Below, piece after piece: positions 1-8,025 of a stretch of DNA of 63,978 bases. Origin of the DNA: Spirochaetota bacterium (GTDB lineage: Bacteria > Spirochaetota > GWE2-31-10); the NCBI GenBank assembly GCA_045133795.1, contig JBGUUT010000115.1, forward strand, positions 1-63,978, written 5' to 3'. The notes below the pieces were generated by a model that was not told where the DNA came from, did no database searches, and was given only the letters and a program-made list of their open reading frames with translations. Every line of letters begins with the position of its first letter. The stretch's first letter is position 1. The translations under genes were made by a program, and so were the position numbers.

Positions 1-248
1 ATTTCAAAGAATAAAGGCAACGTCTTTGATTTGCGGAAGTTTGTGCCTTGTCGGATTCTTTGGGACTATATTTATAAATGAAAATATTTTGTACACCGCT
101 CCGTTTGGATACGGATTCGGGACAATAATTCTTTGCTTACAAATGTTTCATCTTGAAGATTAATCAGTTAAAAAATTAAATATACGGAAGCGGGAAATGT
201 CAAAAAAATTGAAATAATGCGTTAAATCAAGAAAGAGAGTAGGTGGTA

Positions 249-1082
249 ATGAAAGATTATTTGCGAGAAATGTGTAGTTATCCCGGTTTGTATTATAAAC
301 TGGCGAAAGTTAAGAAAATAATAAAAGGGCAGCGTGTTGATTTCGGTAAGGCAAAGAATCAATTCTTTTTGTATTTTAAACCGAATCATGAAATAAAAGA
401 TAAGGTAATTGTTTGGATTCACGGCGGCGGTTGGAATGCGGGAACTCCGTATGATTTTGAATATGTAGGACAATATTTTGCTCAGGCTGGTTATCATTGC
501 GTGTCGTTAGGTTATCGATTGTCTCCTAAAAATAAGTTTCCGGTACAGATAGAAGATGTATGTGTGGCTTATAATAAAGCAATTGAATATTTGAAAGAGC
601 AAGGTGTAGATTGTTCAAAAGTAGTCGTTACCGGACCGTCGGCAGGAGCTCATTTGTCGGCGATTTTGTGTTATGGAAAAAAATATCAAGATAAATTCGG
701 CGTAGATATTGAGCCGATTGCGGGATTTATCGGTGTTGCCGGTGTATATTCTTTTCGCATAAAGATAATAAATACAGTTCGTGTGCTTCTGTCGCAACTT
801 TTTGCAAAAGGTTATGACAGAGCTGACGGTGAGCCGTGTGCTTTATTCACGGCGAATCATATTCCGATGTTGTTGATACACAGCAAGCATGACGGTTTGA
901 TAGATTATTCTCAGGCACAAGAATTTTATCAAACAGCGAAAAATGTCGGGCAAAAATGCGAATTGTACGAAGTAACGGATAAAATGAATACACATTCGGC
1001 GTACAGTGCCGGAATGTTTTTGGAAACACGGGAAAATAATAAAGCCTTGGATAAACTTTTTTCGTGGATTGAGGAAATATAA
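249..1082 (+). CDS. alpha/beta-hydrolase fold esterase/lipase (HGGG-type carboxylesterase)
   Basis: ORF 243..1082. Has 'VWIHGGGW' oxyanion-hole motif, 'TGPSAGAH' GxSxG-like nucleophile elbow, and later 'HSKHDGLID' Asp and 'NTHSA' His. ATG at 249 is preferred over GTG at 243 because AGGTGG lies just upstream. Confidence 0.75.
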   Translation: MKDYLREMCSYPGLYYKLAKVKKIIKGQRVDFGKAKNQFFLYFKPNHEIKDKVIVWIHGGGWNAGTPYDFEYVGQYFAQAGYHCVSLGYRLSPKNKFPVQIEDVCVAYNKAIEYLKEQGVDCSKVVVTGPSAGAHLSAILCYGKKYQDKFGVDIEPIAGFIGVAGVYSFRIKIINTVRVLLSQLFAKGYDRADGEPCALFTANHIPMLLIHSKHDGLIDYSQAQEFYQTAKNVGQKCELYEVTDKMNTHSAYSAGMFLETRENNKALDKLFSWIEEI

Positions 1083-1494
1083 GGTGTTTTGCGGGCAAAG
1101 CTTTATAAACCATTCTGGTTTTTCTCGGTTCTGCCGGACAAGCCGGTGATGGAACTAAACTTTCTTCGGAGCTTTTAAGAAACTCTCTCTTAAGTTCAAG
1201 TTTTCATTTGCCGTGTAAACCGGCACTGAAATATAACTTTGGGTCAAAGTTGGTAGTTGTTAGGGCACTTTCTCTTTTTTTGCAATCAAAAAGAGAAAGT
1301 ACCCTATAACCCGAAAGAGAAAAAACATGCTAAAGTTTTTGGTAATAAATATTCATTGTAACAATAAAACTAAAGCAAACCTTAAGAAATTAGCCTAATG
1401 GTACTTCATTCTCTCTTTTTTCACTTTTCGGTTGCAGACCGTAATCTCGTAGTGTCCAGGACGATGCTTCCGTTGCGTAAAGAGGGATAACCAT

Positions 1495-1527
1495 AAAAAA
1501 TGCGGAGGTTTTTCCTCCGCATTTTTA
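1495..1527. terminator. bidirectional rho-independent terminator between convergent genes
   Basis: Perfect 9-bp stem atgcggagg / cctccgcat with a 5-nt T loop. An A-run precedes it and a T-run follows, so it reads as a terminator on both strands. It lies 11 nt past the stop of the minus-strand lipoprotein gene. Confidence 0.7.
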
Positions 1528-1537
1528 AGATTAAAAA

Positions 1538-4459
1538 CTATTGTTTTGTTATTTCCACATTAAAAATAGTTGTACAACCTTCATAAGTAACCGTCAAAGT
1601 TTGAGTACCGACTACAGACGAATCAAAACCGCTTACCATATTTGAAGTTACTTCTACACTAGAAGTTGAATCGTCAGAATAATAAGCTTCAACTGCAAGT
1701 CCTGTCAAATCAAGCTCTTCTCCTACAACGTAAGAAGTTTTATTTGGGTAACTTGTAATACTTATACTTGAAACTGAAATTAAAACAAACTCGCCTGATA
1801 TTTTTACTTTCATATTAACTTTATCAAAAGTAATTGTATATTCATTGCCAACAATAAAGCCATTTAATCCTAAACTAAATTTTGTTGCACTATCTGAAAT
1901 ACTGTTTCCGTCTTCATCTTCAGCTTCTATTTCATCGTTTGTTGCAAAATAGACTTCGGCTTCTTTATCAGCTTCTAAGATTGTAAAATCTGTAGTAGGA
2001 TTTTCTTTATTATACGCCTGATATTGTTCCAACCAGCCATTTTCTGTTGTAAATTTAAAACCATATGGAAAAGGCGTGATTGATTCTGCAGTGAAAGTAA
2101 ATGTCCACACGTCATTTTCACCTTTTGTCAGAGCATCTGCACTGCCGACACTTTCAGAACCTGCCCAATTAACACCGTTTAGACCGGAAAGGAAAATACT
2201 ACCAGGTTCTAACTCTATCCATTTAGCGTAGAGTGTCACATCAGCCTTTCTTTCTGAAAAATTATAAAATTGGGTTATTTTCTCAGAACTAAAGTCTTCA
2301 GTCTCATACCATCCGGCGAATATATAGCCATCTTTTGTAGCTTCTTCTACCGTTACCCAAGATTCATCCTCTGTATAGAAAGATGGATTATTCGGACTAT
2401 TAACACCGCCGTCGAGTACGTAAGTGATTATGTAGGTATTTTTTAGTTCTACTACTTCTACATCAAAAGTTGTTGTACAACCGCCGTAAGTAATCGTCAA
2501 TGTTTGAATACCGACTACAGACGAATCAAAACCGCTTACCATGTTTGAAGTTACATTTACATAAGAAGTTGAACCGTCTGAATAAGTTGTTTCCACTCTA
2601 AGCCAGTTCAAATTTAATTCTTCACCAACAATGTATGATGTTTTCTCCGGGTAACTTATAATGCTTATACTTGAAATTGAGACAGCAACAAACTTACCTG
2701 ATATTTTTACTTTCATATTAGCTTTATTAAAAGTAATCGTATATTCATTGCCTACGATGAATCTATTTAATCCTGAATCAAATTTTGTCGCACTATCTGA
2801 AATCCTGTTTCCGTTTTCATCTTCAGTTTCCAATTCTATATTTGTTGCAAAATAAACACCAGCTTCTTTATCTGATTCTAAGATTGTGTAATCTGTAGTA
2901 GGATTTTCTTTATTATATGCCTGATATTGTTCCATCCAACCATTTTCTGTTGTAAATTTAAAACCATATGGAAAAGGCATGGTTGATTCTGCAGTGAAAG
3001 TAAATGTCCACACGTCATTTTCACCTTTTGTCATAGCATCTGCACTGCCTACACTTTCAGAAACCGCCCAATTAACACCATTCAAACCGGAAAGGAAAAT
3101 ACTACCAGGTTCTAACTCTATCCATTTAACGTAGAGTGTCACATCAGCCTTTCTTTCTGCAAAATTATAAAATTGGGTTATTTTCTCAGAACTAAAGTCT
3201 TCAGTTTCATACCATCCGGCGAATATATAGCCATCTTTTGTTGGTGCTTCTACATTTACATAATATTCATCTTCTGTATAGAAAGTCGGATTGTATGGAC
3301 TATTAACACCGCCGTTTAGTACATAAGTAATTTTGTAACCTTTTATCCATTTAGCATAGAGAATCACGTCTGATGTTTTCTCACCCTCATACCAAACTTT
3401 TATCGCCTCTCCGGAAAAGTCTGCAGTTTCGTACCATCCGAGGAATATATAACCGTCTTTTGTAGGATCTCGTAAGGCAACATATTCATCTTCCGTAAAA
3501 GTGTATTTATTTTTCGGGTTGTTAACACCGCCGTCGAGTACATAAGTGATTTTGAATTCGTTTTCTGCAAGTTGAATTGCGTACAATGTCACGCTTTCGG
3601 CAAAAATTACAGAACCGCTGTAAGATAAACCACTACCGTCGGCTTTTGTATTCCAATGTGAAAACTTAGCATTTGTCAATGCTGGCAAATCTACACTTTT
3701 GTCAGATGTAGTTTCGATTGCTGCCGGAGCAGTTTCATTGATTCCGTTTGTGTTAAAAGTAATTGTAACTTTTACCGCAGGTTCTGATTCTTTTTCCCAT
3801 TTTGCATAGAGTGTTACATTCGCTGTTTTATCTCCGGCAGCCCAGCCTTTTATCGCATTACCGGAAAAATCTCTGTTTTCATACCAGCCGAGGAAATTAT
3901 AACCGTCTTTTGATGGATTTTTCAATCCGATAAAATTCTCTTCCGTAAATAAAAACGGATTAGCCGAGTTATTAATACCGCCGTCGAGTACGTAAGTGAT
4001 TTTGAATTCATTTTCTGCAAGTTGGATTGCGTACAATGTCACGCTTTCGGCAAAAGTTGCAGTTCCGTTGTAAGATAAACCGCTACCGTCGGCTTTTGTA
4101 TTCCAATGTGAAAACTTAGCATTTGTCAATGCCGGTAAATCAACTGTTTTATTAACTGTGGTTTCGATTGCTACCGGAGCAGTTTCATTGATTCCGTTTG
4201 TGTTAAAAGTAATTGTAACTTTTACCGCAGGTTTTTCAGTATTTCCGTTATTTTCTCCGCCTTGATTATTTCCGTTGTTTTCATTGTCAGAGTTATTTTC
4301 GCCGTTTTCTCCGTCTTGATTATTATTACCTCCTTCTTGAGTTGTGTTGTTTCCACTGTTGTTGCTTCCGCCGTCATCATTAACCGGTTGACAGCTAAAC
4401 ATCATTGCCAAAAGCATAAAGATTATACTTAGGCTTTTTGTTAGATTTTTGAGTCTCAT
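1538..4459 (-). CDS. large repeat-containing surface lipoprotein (Listeria-Bacteroides/Flg_new-type repeats, unknown beta-rich modules and bacterial Ig-like domains)
   Basis: Signal peptide with lipobox 'LAMMFSC', followed by an N/G/E/D/Q-rich low-complexity tether. Two 'TFNTNG...F.HWNTKADGSG..Y....F.....LYA' modules and four 'YVL.GG.N...NP..FT.E......P.KDGY.F.GWY....FS...I......D..LYAKW' modules. Two 'SISI.SYP.KTSY..GEEL.L..L.VE..YSD.ST..V.VTS.MVSGFDSS.VG.QTLT.TY' Ig-like modules. Confidence 0.7.
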   Translation of the reverse strand: MRLKNLTKSLSIIFMLLAMMFSCQPVNDDGGSNNSGNNTTQEGGNNNQDGENGENNSDNENNGNNQGGENNGNTEKPAVKVTITFNTNGINETAPVAIETTVNKTVDLPALTNAKFSHWNTKADGSGLSYNGTATFAESVTLYAIQLAENEFKITYVLDGGINNSANPFLFTEENFIGLKNPSKDGYNFLGWYENRDFSGNAIKGWAAGDKTANVTLYAKWEKESEPAVKVTITFNTNGINETAPAAIETTSDKSVDLPALTNAKFSHWNTKADGSGLSYSGSVIFAESVTLYAIQLAENEFKITYVLDGGVNNPKNKYTFTEDEYVALRDPTKDGYIFLGWYETADFSGEAIKVWYEGEKTSDVILYAKWIKGYKITYVLNGGVNSPYNPTFYTEDEYYVNVEAPTKDGYIFAGWYETEDFSSEKITQFYNFAERKADVTLYVKWIELEPGSIFLSGLNGVNWAVSESVGSADAMTKGENDVWTFTFTAESTMPFPYGFKFTTENGWMEQYQAYNKENPTTDYTILESDKEAGVYFATNIELETEDENGNRISDSATKFDSGLNRFIVGNEYTITFNKANMKVKISGKFVAVSISSISIISYPEKTSYIVGEELNLNWLRVETTYSDGSTSYVNVTSNMVSGFDSSVVGIQTLTITYGGCTTTFDVEVVELKNTYIITYVLDGGVNSPNNPSFYTEDESWVTVEEATKDGYIFAGWYETEDFSSEKITQFYNFSERKADVTLYAKWIELEPGSIFLSGLNGVNWAGSESVGSADALTKGENDVWTFTFTAESITPFPYGFKFTTENGWLEQYQAYNKENPTTDFTILEADKEAEVYFATNDEIEAEDEDGNSISDSATKFSLGLNGFIVGNEYTITFDKVNMKVKISGEFVLISVSSISITSYPNKTSYVVGEELDLTGLAVEAYYSDDSTSSVEVTSNMVSGFDSSVVGTQTLTVTYEGCTTIFNVEITKQ
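1541..3345 (-). repeat. tandem duplication, 2 x about 903 bp (about 301 aa), inside the lipoprotein gene
   Basis: Matching strings are offset by exactly 903 bp. Example: 'ccgactacagacgaatcaaaaccgcttaccat' at 1608 and 2511, and 'caccgcc' at 2404 and 3307. The two protein copies differ at only scattered positions. Confidence 0.85.
3345..4235 (-). repeat. tandem duplication, 2 x about 450 bp (about 150 aa), inside the lipoprotein gene
   Basis: 'ccgccgtcgagta...gtgattttgaattc.ttttctgcaagttg.attgcgtacaatgtcacgctttcggcaaaa' occurs at 3528 and 3978. 'tgttaaaagtaattgtaacttttaccgcag' occurs at 3751 and 4201. The offset is 450 bp. Confidence 0.85.
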
Positions 4460-4592
4460 ATATTTTACTCCCTAAATAATAATATAGTCAGACTAATAAA
4501 ATTCTTATTTTACCCAGTTTGACTGATAAAAGCCATTATACACTCAGTGTAATTTTATTTCAATTAGAAAAATATCATCATATACTGATAAT

Positions 4593-4904
4593 ATGATAAG
4601 GAATCATGTTGTTTTTATTCAGAATCTAAAAAGAATCAGAAAGCTCAAAAACTTGTCTCAGGCACAATTAGCAGAACTTTGCGAAGTTTCTACGGGAACA
4701 ATCGGAAATATAGAATGCGGATTGGCTAAACCTTCATTTGATTTGATTTTAACTATGGCAGAAATATTGAAAATTCATCCGGCATATCTTTTTGCAACAG
4801 ATGATTTATTATTGAAACCTCTGGAGACATCGGAAGAACATCTTTTATTAAAAGAGTTTTACGACAAACTAAAAAATCATTTTGTAAAATTTACAGAGGA
4901 ATAA
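4593..4904 (+). CDS. XRE-family helix-turn-helix transcriptional regulator
   Basis: 'NLKRIRKLKNLSQAQLAELCEVSTGTIGNIECGLAKPSFDLILTMAEIL' is a typical Cro/C1-type HTH. The gene is divergent from the big lipoprotein gene. Confidence 0.75.
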   Translation: MIRNHVVFIQNLKRIRKLKNLSQAQLAELCEVSTGTIGNIECGLAKPSFDLILTMAEILKIHPAYLFATDDLLLKPLETSEEHLLLKEFYDKLKNHFVKFTEE

Positions 4905-4910
4905 TAAGGA

Positions 4911-4954
4911 AAAAATGTACCTGAAAAAATCGAAGTCTTTTAAGGTACATTTTT
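4911..4954. terminator. bidirectional terminator hairpin between XRE gene and znuB
   Basis: aaaaatgtacct(g)aaaa / tttt(a)aggtacattttt forms a long stem with one mismatch and a 10-nt loop. It is flanked by A- and T-runs and lies between convergent genes. Confidence 0.6.
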
Positions 4955-4971
4955 CTTTCAGTTATAAAAAC

Positions 4972-5787
4972 TTACTTCATGACCTTCCCGACAACCGCAA
5001 ATATTAAAAACAAGATTAGATTTGCGACTACAATACTTGCTCCGGTCGGTGCCGACCATATAAAAGAGGCTACAAGTCCGATAAAAAAACAAATTACCGA
5101 GAGTATTGCTGATGAAATTGTGACACTGCGAAAGCTTTTAAACACTCGCATAGATGTCAATACGGGGAAAATTATAAGGCTGGAAATCATCATTGCCCCC
5201 ATTAAACGCATTCCTACGACGATTGTCAAAGCCGTAAGCAATGCAATCATGCGGTTGTATTTTGAAGAGGATATTCCGCCGGCAGTAGCAAAAGGTTCGT
5301 CGAATGTCACGGCAAATATGCGGTGATAACATAAGATAAATAGTGTCAGTACGATAATGCTCAGTATTATCGACAGAGTGACATCGATTTTGCTCAGTGC
5401 TAAAATTGAGCCGAATAAATATGCCGTAACATCTGTATTTAAACCACAAGTTACTGATGTAACTAAAATCCCGATTGCTAATGCACTTGTCGAAATTAAT
5501 GCGATTGCGGCGTCACCTTTTATTCCGGAATCAGAAGAACTGATACGTAACAAAAAAAATGCAGCGATTAACGAAACCGGAAGTGAAACTATCAACGGCG
5601 TAACGTTTAATGCCATAGCTATTGCAATAGCTCCGAAACCTACATGGCTGAGTCCATCGCCAATCATGGAATAACGTTTCAATACTAAAATTATTCCCAG
5701 CAGTGCAGAACACAATGCAACTAAAGAGCCGGCAACTAATGCTCGTAAAATAAAATCGTATGAAAATAAATCTAGAATCTTTATCAT
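4972..5787 (-). CDS. znuB: metal (Zn/Mn) ABC transporter permease, ABC-3 family
   Basis: Polytopic membrane protein, 'ILRALVAGSLVALCSALLGIILVLKRYSMIGDGLSHVGFGAIA...'. An internal ATG at 5787 gives an ATGA start/stop overlap with znuC (stop 5784..5786). The longer ORF to 5862 lies inside znuC. Confidence 0.85.
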   Translation of the reverse strand: MIKILDLFSYDFILRALVAGSLVALCSALLGIILVLKRYSMIGDGLSHVGFGAIAIAMALNVTPLIVSLPVSLIAAFFLLRISSSDSGIKGDAAIALISTSALAIGILVTSVTCGLNTDVTAYLFGSILALSKIDVTLSIILSIIVLTLFILCYHRIFAVTFDEPFATAGGISSSKYNRMIALLTALTIVVGMRLMGAMMISSLIIFPVLTSMRVFKSFRSVTISSAILSVICFFIGLVASFIWSAPTGASIVVANLILFLIFAVVGKVMK

Positions 5788-6557
5788 GACGGAAATACTC
5801 CTACTTTTATATGGCTGGCTGTACAATCGCTGCCGCAATGTGTACATGCATGTGTAGAACATGTTTCTACAGTCGTCATTTCATTATAAAAATGCGTTTT
5901 CTTATAATCTTCCGAAGTACCGAAAAACAGTGCGTTGTTGTTCATGTGTAAAATGTGAGTGGCATTTTGTACGGCACGATGAATGTCATGAGAAATCATC
6001 AAGACAGCAAGACCTTCTTCACGATTTCTGTTTCGTACAATCGAATAAAGCTCATCTGTGACAATCGGGTCAAGTCCGTTTACCGGCTCATCTAAAATCA
6101 GAAGTTCTGAGGCTGCACAAAAAGCTCGTGCTAAAAGAACACGTTGCATTTGTCCGCCTGAAAGCTCTTTAAACGACTTCTTTGTCAGTTTTTCTAATCC
6201 TAGTTTATAAATTTGTTCTTTAGCTCGTTTTTTTTCTTTTGCGGAATAAAAAGGCAAAAAACTTTGTGATAAACAGCCGGACATTACGACTTCACGGACA
6301 GTGGCAGGGAAATCTCGTTGTGTCATATTTTGCTGTCCGAGATATCCGATTCCCTTGCAATTTTTTTCAATCTTGCCGGCGTGCGGTTTGCACATACCGA
6401 GTATTGATTTTATCAAAGTTGATTTTCCGGAACCGTTTGCTCCGACAACGCATAAATAATCTCCCTCATGTAATGAAAAAGAAACGTTATCTACTGCGAT
6501 AAGGGAACCGTAATTTACGCATACATTTTGACATGAAATTAATTCTTTTTTTTCCAT
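5784..6557 (-). CDS. znuC: metal ABC transporter ATP-binding protein with Cys/His-rich C-terminal tail
   Basis: Walker A 'GANGSGKST', signature 'LSGGQMQR', Walker B 'LLILDEP', H-loop 'ISHD'. The tail is 'ETCSTHACTHCGSDCTASH'. Confidence 0.9.
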   Translation of the reverse strand: MEKKELISCQNVCVNYGSLIAVDNVSFSLHEGDYLCVVGANGSGKSTLIKSILGMCKPHAGKIEKNCKGIGYLGQQNMTQRDFPATVREVVMSGCLSQSFLPFYSAKEKKRAKEQIYKLGLEKLTKKSFKELSGGQMQRVLLARAFCAASELLILDEPVNGLDPIVTDELYSIVRNRNREEGLAVLMISHDIHRAVQNATHILHMNNNALFFGTSEDYKKTHFYNEMTTVETCSTHACTHCGSDCTASHIKVGVFPS

Positions 6558-6572
6558 AAAAACTAACCTTTT

Positions 6573-7550
6573 TTATTTTAAGCCTTCATCTAATGCTTTT
6601 GCATTTGCGTAAAGAGTATCAATATAAGTCATTTCATTATTAAACTGTGTTTGTGTAAGATTGTGAGCTGCATTCAGTTCCAATATTTTAACTCCGGCAC
6701 TGTCGGCAATTGTTTGTGCTATTCGGCGATTACTCATTTCTATTGTAAAAACAGCGGGAAGCTCTTTATCTTTTATCGTTTTCACAAGTTGTACGATAGT
6801 TGCAGGGCTGACTTCTACAGCAGAACTGCAACCGCCAAATGCAGCTTGATATTCTAAATTAAATTCTTGAGCAAAATATTTCAATGGGAAGCGGTCCCCC
6901 ATTACAATGAGTTTTGTTTGCTTTGTGTTTAAAATATTTTCTATTGCAACTTTTGCTTTTACGATTTCGTTTTTGTAAATAGTCGCATTTGCTTGATAGA
7001 AAACTGCATTTGCAGGATTACAATCGCTTAATGCAATAACGAGTTTATCTATCAATTCCAAAGCATTTGTCGGTGATGTCCATACGTGTTCATCAACTTC
7101 ATGACGGTGTATGTCGTGATTGTGGTCTTCAGCGTTACAATTTTCGTGAATGTCATGGTTATTTATATTTTCCATTAATTTAAAAATGTGAGACGGCGGA
7201 TTTTTTAAAGTTGATAATAATTTATTGACCCATTCATCACTTTCTCCGCCGGTATAAATGAAAATATCGGCATTTTCTATTGTGATGATATCTTTTGGAG
7301 ACGGTTCAAAAGAATGAAGGTCTGTTCCCGGTTTTAAAATCATTTGCAAATCGGCAGTAGTGTTTTGCATTCCGGAGAAAAGTTTGTTTTTTTCTGCGGT
7401 TCCGATTCCACAAACAGCACGGGCTAAATCGTAGCACATAAAATTTGTAGTTACCACAGAAAAGCTTGTTGTTACTGTCGACGTTCCTTTTTTATTACAA
7501 GCAGTCAGCAATATTAAGCATAAAATTCCCGATAAAATCTGTTTTACCAT
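6573..7550 (-). CDS. znuA: metal ABC transporter substrate-binding lipoprotein (ZnuA/TroA cluster A-I) with His-rich loop
   Basis: Lipobox 'LLTAC'; 'DLHSFEPSPKD' and 'DEHVWTSP' metal-site motifs. The His/Asp/Glu-rich loop 'NHDIHENCNAEDHNHDIHRHEVDEH' (nt about 7086..7160) is typical of zinc-specific ZnuA. Confidence 0.85.
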   Translation of the reverse strand: MVKQILSGILCLILLTACNKKGTSTVTTSFSVVTTNFMCYDLARAVCGIGTAEKNKLFSGMQNTTADLQMILKPGTDLHSFEPSPKDIITIENADIFIYTGGESDEWVNKLLSTLKNPPSHIFKLMENINNHDIHENCNAEDHNHDIHRHEVDEHVWTSPTNALELIDKLVIALSDCNPANAVFYQANATIYKNEIVKAKVAIENILNTKQTKLIVMGDRFPLKYFAQEFNLEYQAAFGGCSSAVEVSPATIVQLVKTIKDKELPAVFTIEMSNRRIAQTIADSAGVKILELNAAHNLTQTQFNNEMTYIDTLYANAKALDEGLK

Positions 7551-7561
7551 TATTCTCTCCT

Positions 7562-7960
7562 TTATTTATTGCAATCAACACAAATCCCATAAAGTACGGT
7601 ATGTCCCAAATCCACTACAAAGCCGTGATTATCTGCAACATGTTTTGTAAAAGTAGTCATGGTGTCGCAATCAAGGTGTATTAATTTTCCGCAAGTATTA
7701 CATTTCAGATGATAATGTTTGCTGCAATCTCGCCCTTGAGGAATACCTTGATAACAAGCTCGATTCGCATTCGGAGCAATGAATTTATTTACCAGCTTCT
7801 GCTCTTCAAAGAAAACGAGAGTTCTGTAAATCGTAGCTATAGGAATCTTTGTCCCGTTGAGAGTAACTTCATTTGCGATGTCTTCAACTGTAAACTGTCG
7901 GTCTGTATGTGTCTGTAAAAGATTTAAAATTGCTTCACGTGCTTTAGTGTTAGTTCTCAT
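7562..7960 (-). CDS. zur: Fur-family metalloregulator (Zur-like)
   Basis: Winged-helix N-terminus 'FTVEDIANEV......IPIATIYRTLVFFEE'; 'HYHLKCNTCGK' and 'CVDCNK' CxxC pairs. First gene of the zur-znuA-znuC-znuB string. Confidence 0.85.
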   Translation of the reverse strand: MRTNTKAREAILNLLQTHTDRQFTVEDIANEVTLNGTKIPIATIYRTLVFFEEQKLVNKFIAPNANRACYQGIPQGRDCSKHYHLKCNTCGKLIHLDCDTMTTFTKHVADNHGFVVDLGHTVLYGICVDCNK

Positions 7961-7964
7961 AATT

Positions 7965-7983
7965 GAGAATGATTATCATTATC
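7965..7983 (-). promoter_or_regulatory. Fur/Zur-box-like operator immediately upstream of zur
   Basis: The reverse complement of 7965..7983 is GATAATGATAATCATTCTC. This matches the classical 19-bp Fur box GATAATGATAATCATTATC at 18 of 19 positions. It lies 5 nt upstream of the zur ATG. Confidence 0.6.
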
Positions 7984-8025
7984 AAAGAGGGAAGTCAATT
8001 TTTTTTACGAACACATTTTTATAAC

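Noticed and set aside
51-127. Direct repeat CGGATTC(TTT)GGGAC at 52..66 and 112..123 upstream of the esterase gene
   Set aside because: It is short and imperfect, has no associated regulator, and lies at the window edge. I cannot evaluate it.
847-1113. 88-aa minus-strand ORF overlapping the esterase 3' end
   Set aside because: It is a shadow ORF of the well-supported plus-strand hydrolase frame.
1130-1200. 'GGTGATGG...AAAC...CTTCGGAGC' string reminiscent of the 5' half of a fluoride (crcB) riboswitch
   Set aside because: I could not find the conserved 3' elements (GCTGATGAT, CCTAC). There is also no downstream gene on that strand for it to control. The resemblance is probably chance.
1451-1480. 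'GGAAGCA' and 'CCTGGAC' on the minus strand, reminiscent of SRP RNA domain IV
   Set aside because: I could not fold the GNRA tetraloop or the symmetric/asymmetric loop arrangement, and the flanking helix is missing.
4540-4550. Palindrome ACACTCAGTGT about 40 nt upstream of the XRE gene as a possible operator
   Set aside because: With 5-bp arms it is too short to distinguish from chance in AT-rich DNA without comparative data.
4979-5674. Several 100-115-aa ORFs overlapping znuB on both strands
   Set aside because: The znuB frame gives a coherent ABC-3 permease. The others have no motifs and are typical shadow ORFs.
5788-5862. Longer 296-aa version of the znuB ORF starting at 5862
   Set aside because: The extra 25 codons lie inside the znuC coding sequence. 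The ATG at 5787 gives the classic ATGA overlap and a normal permease N-terminus.
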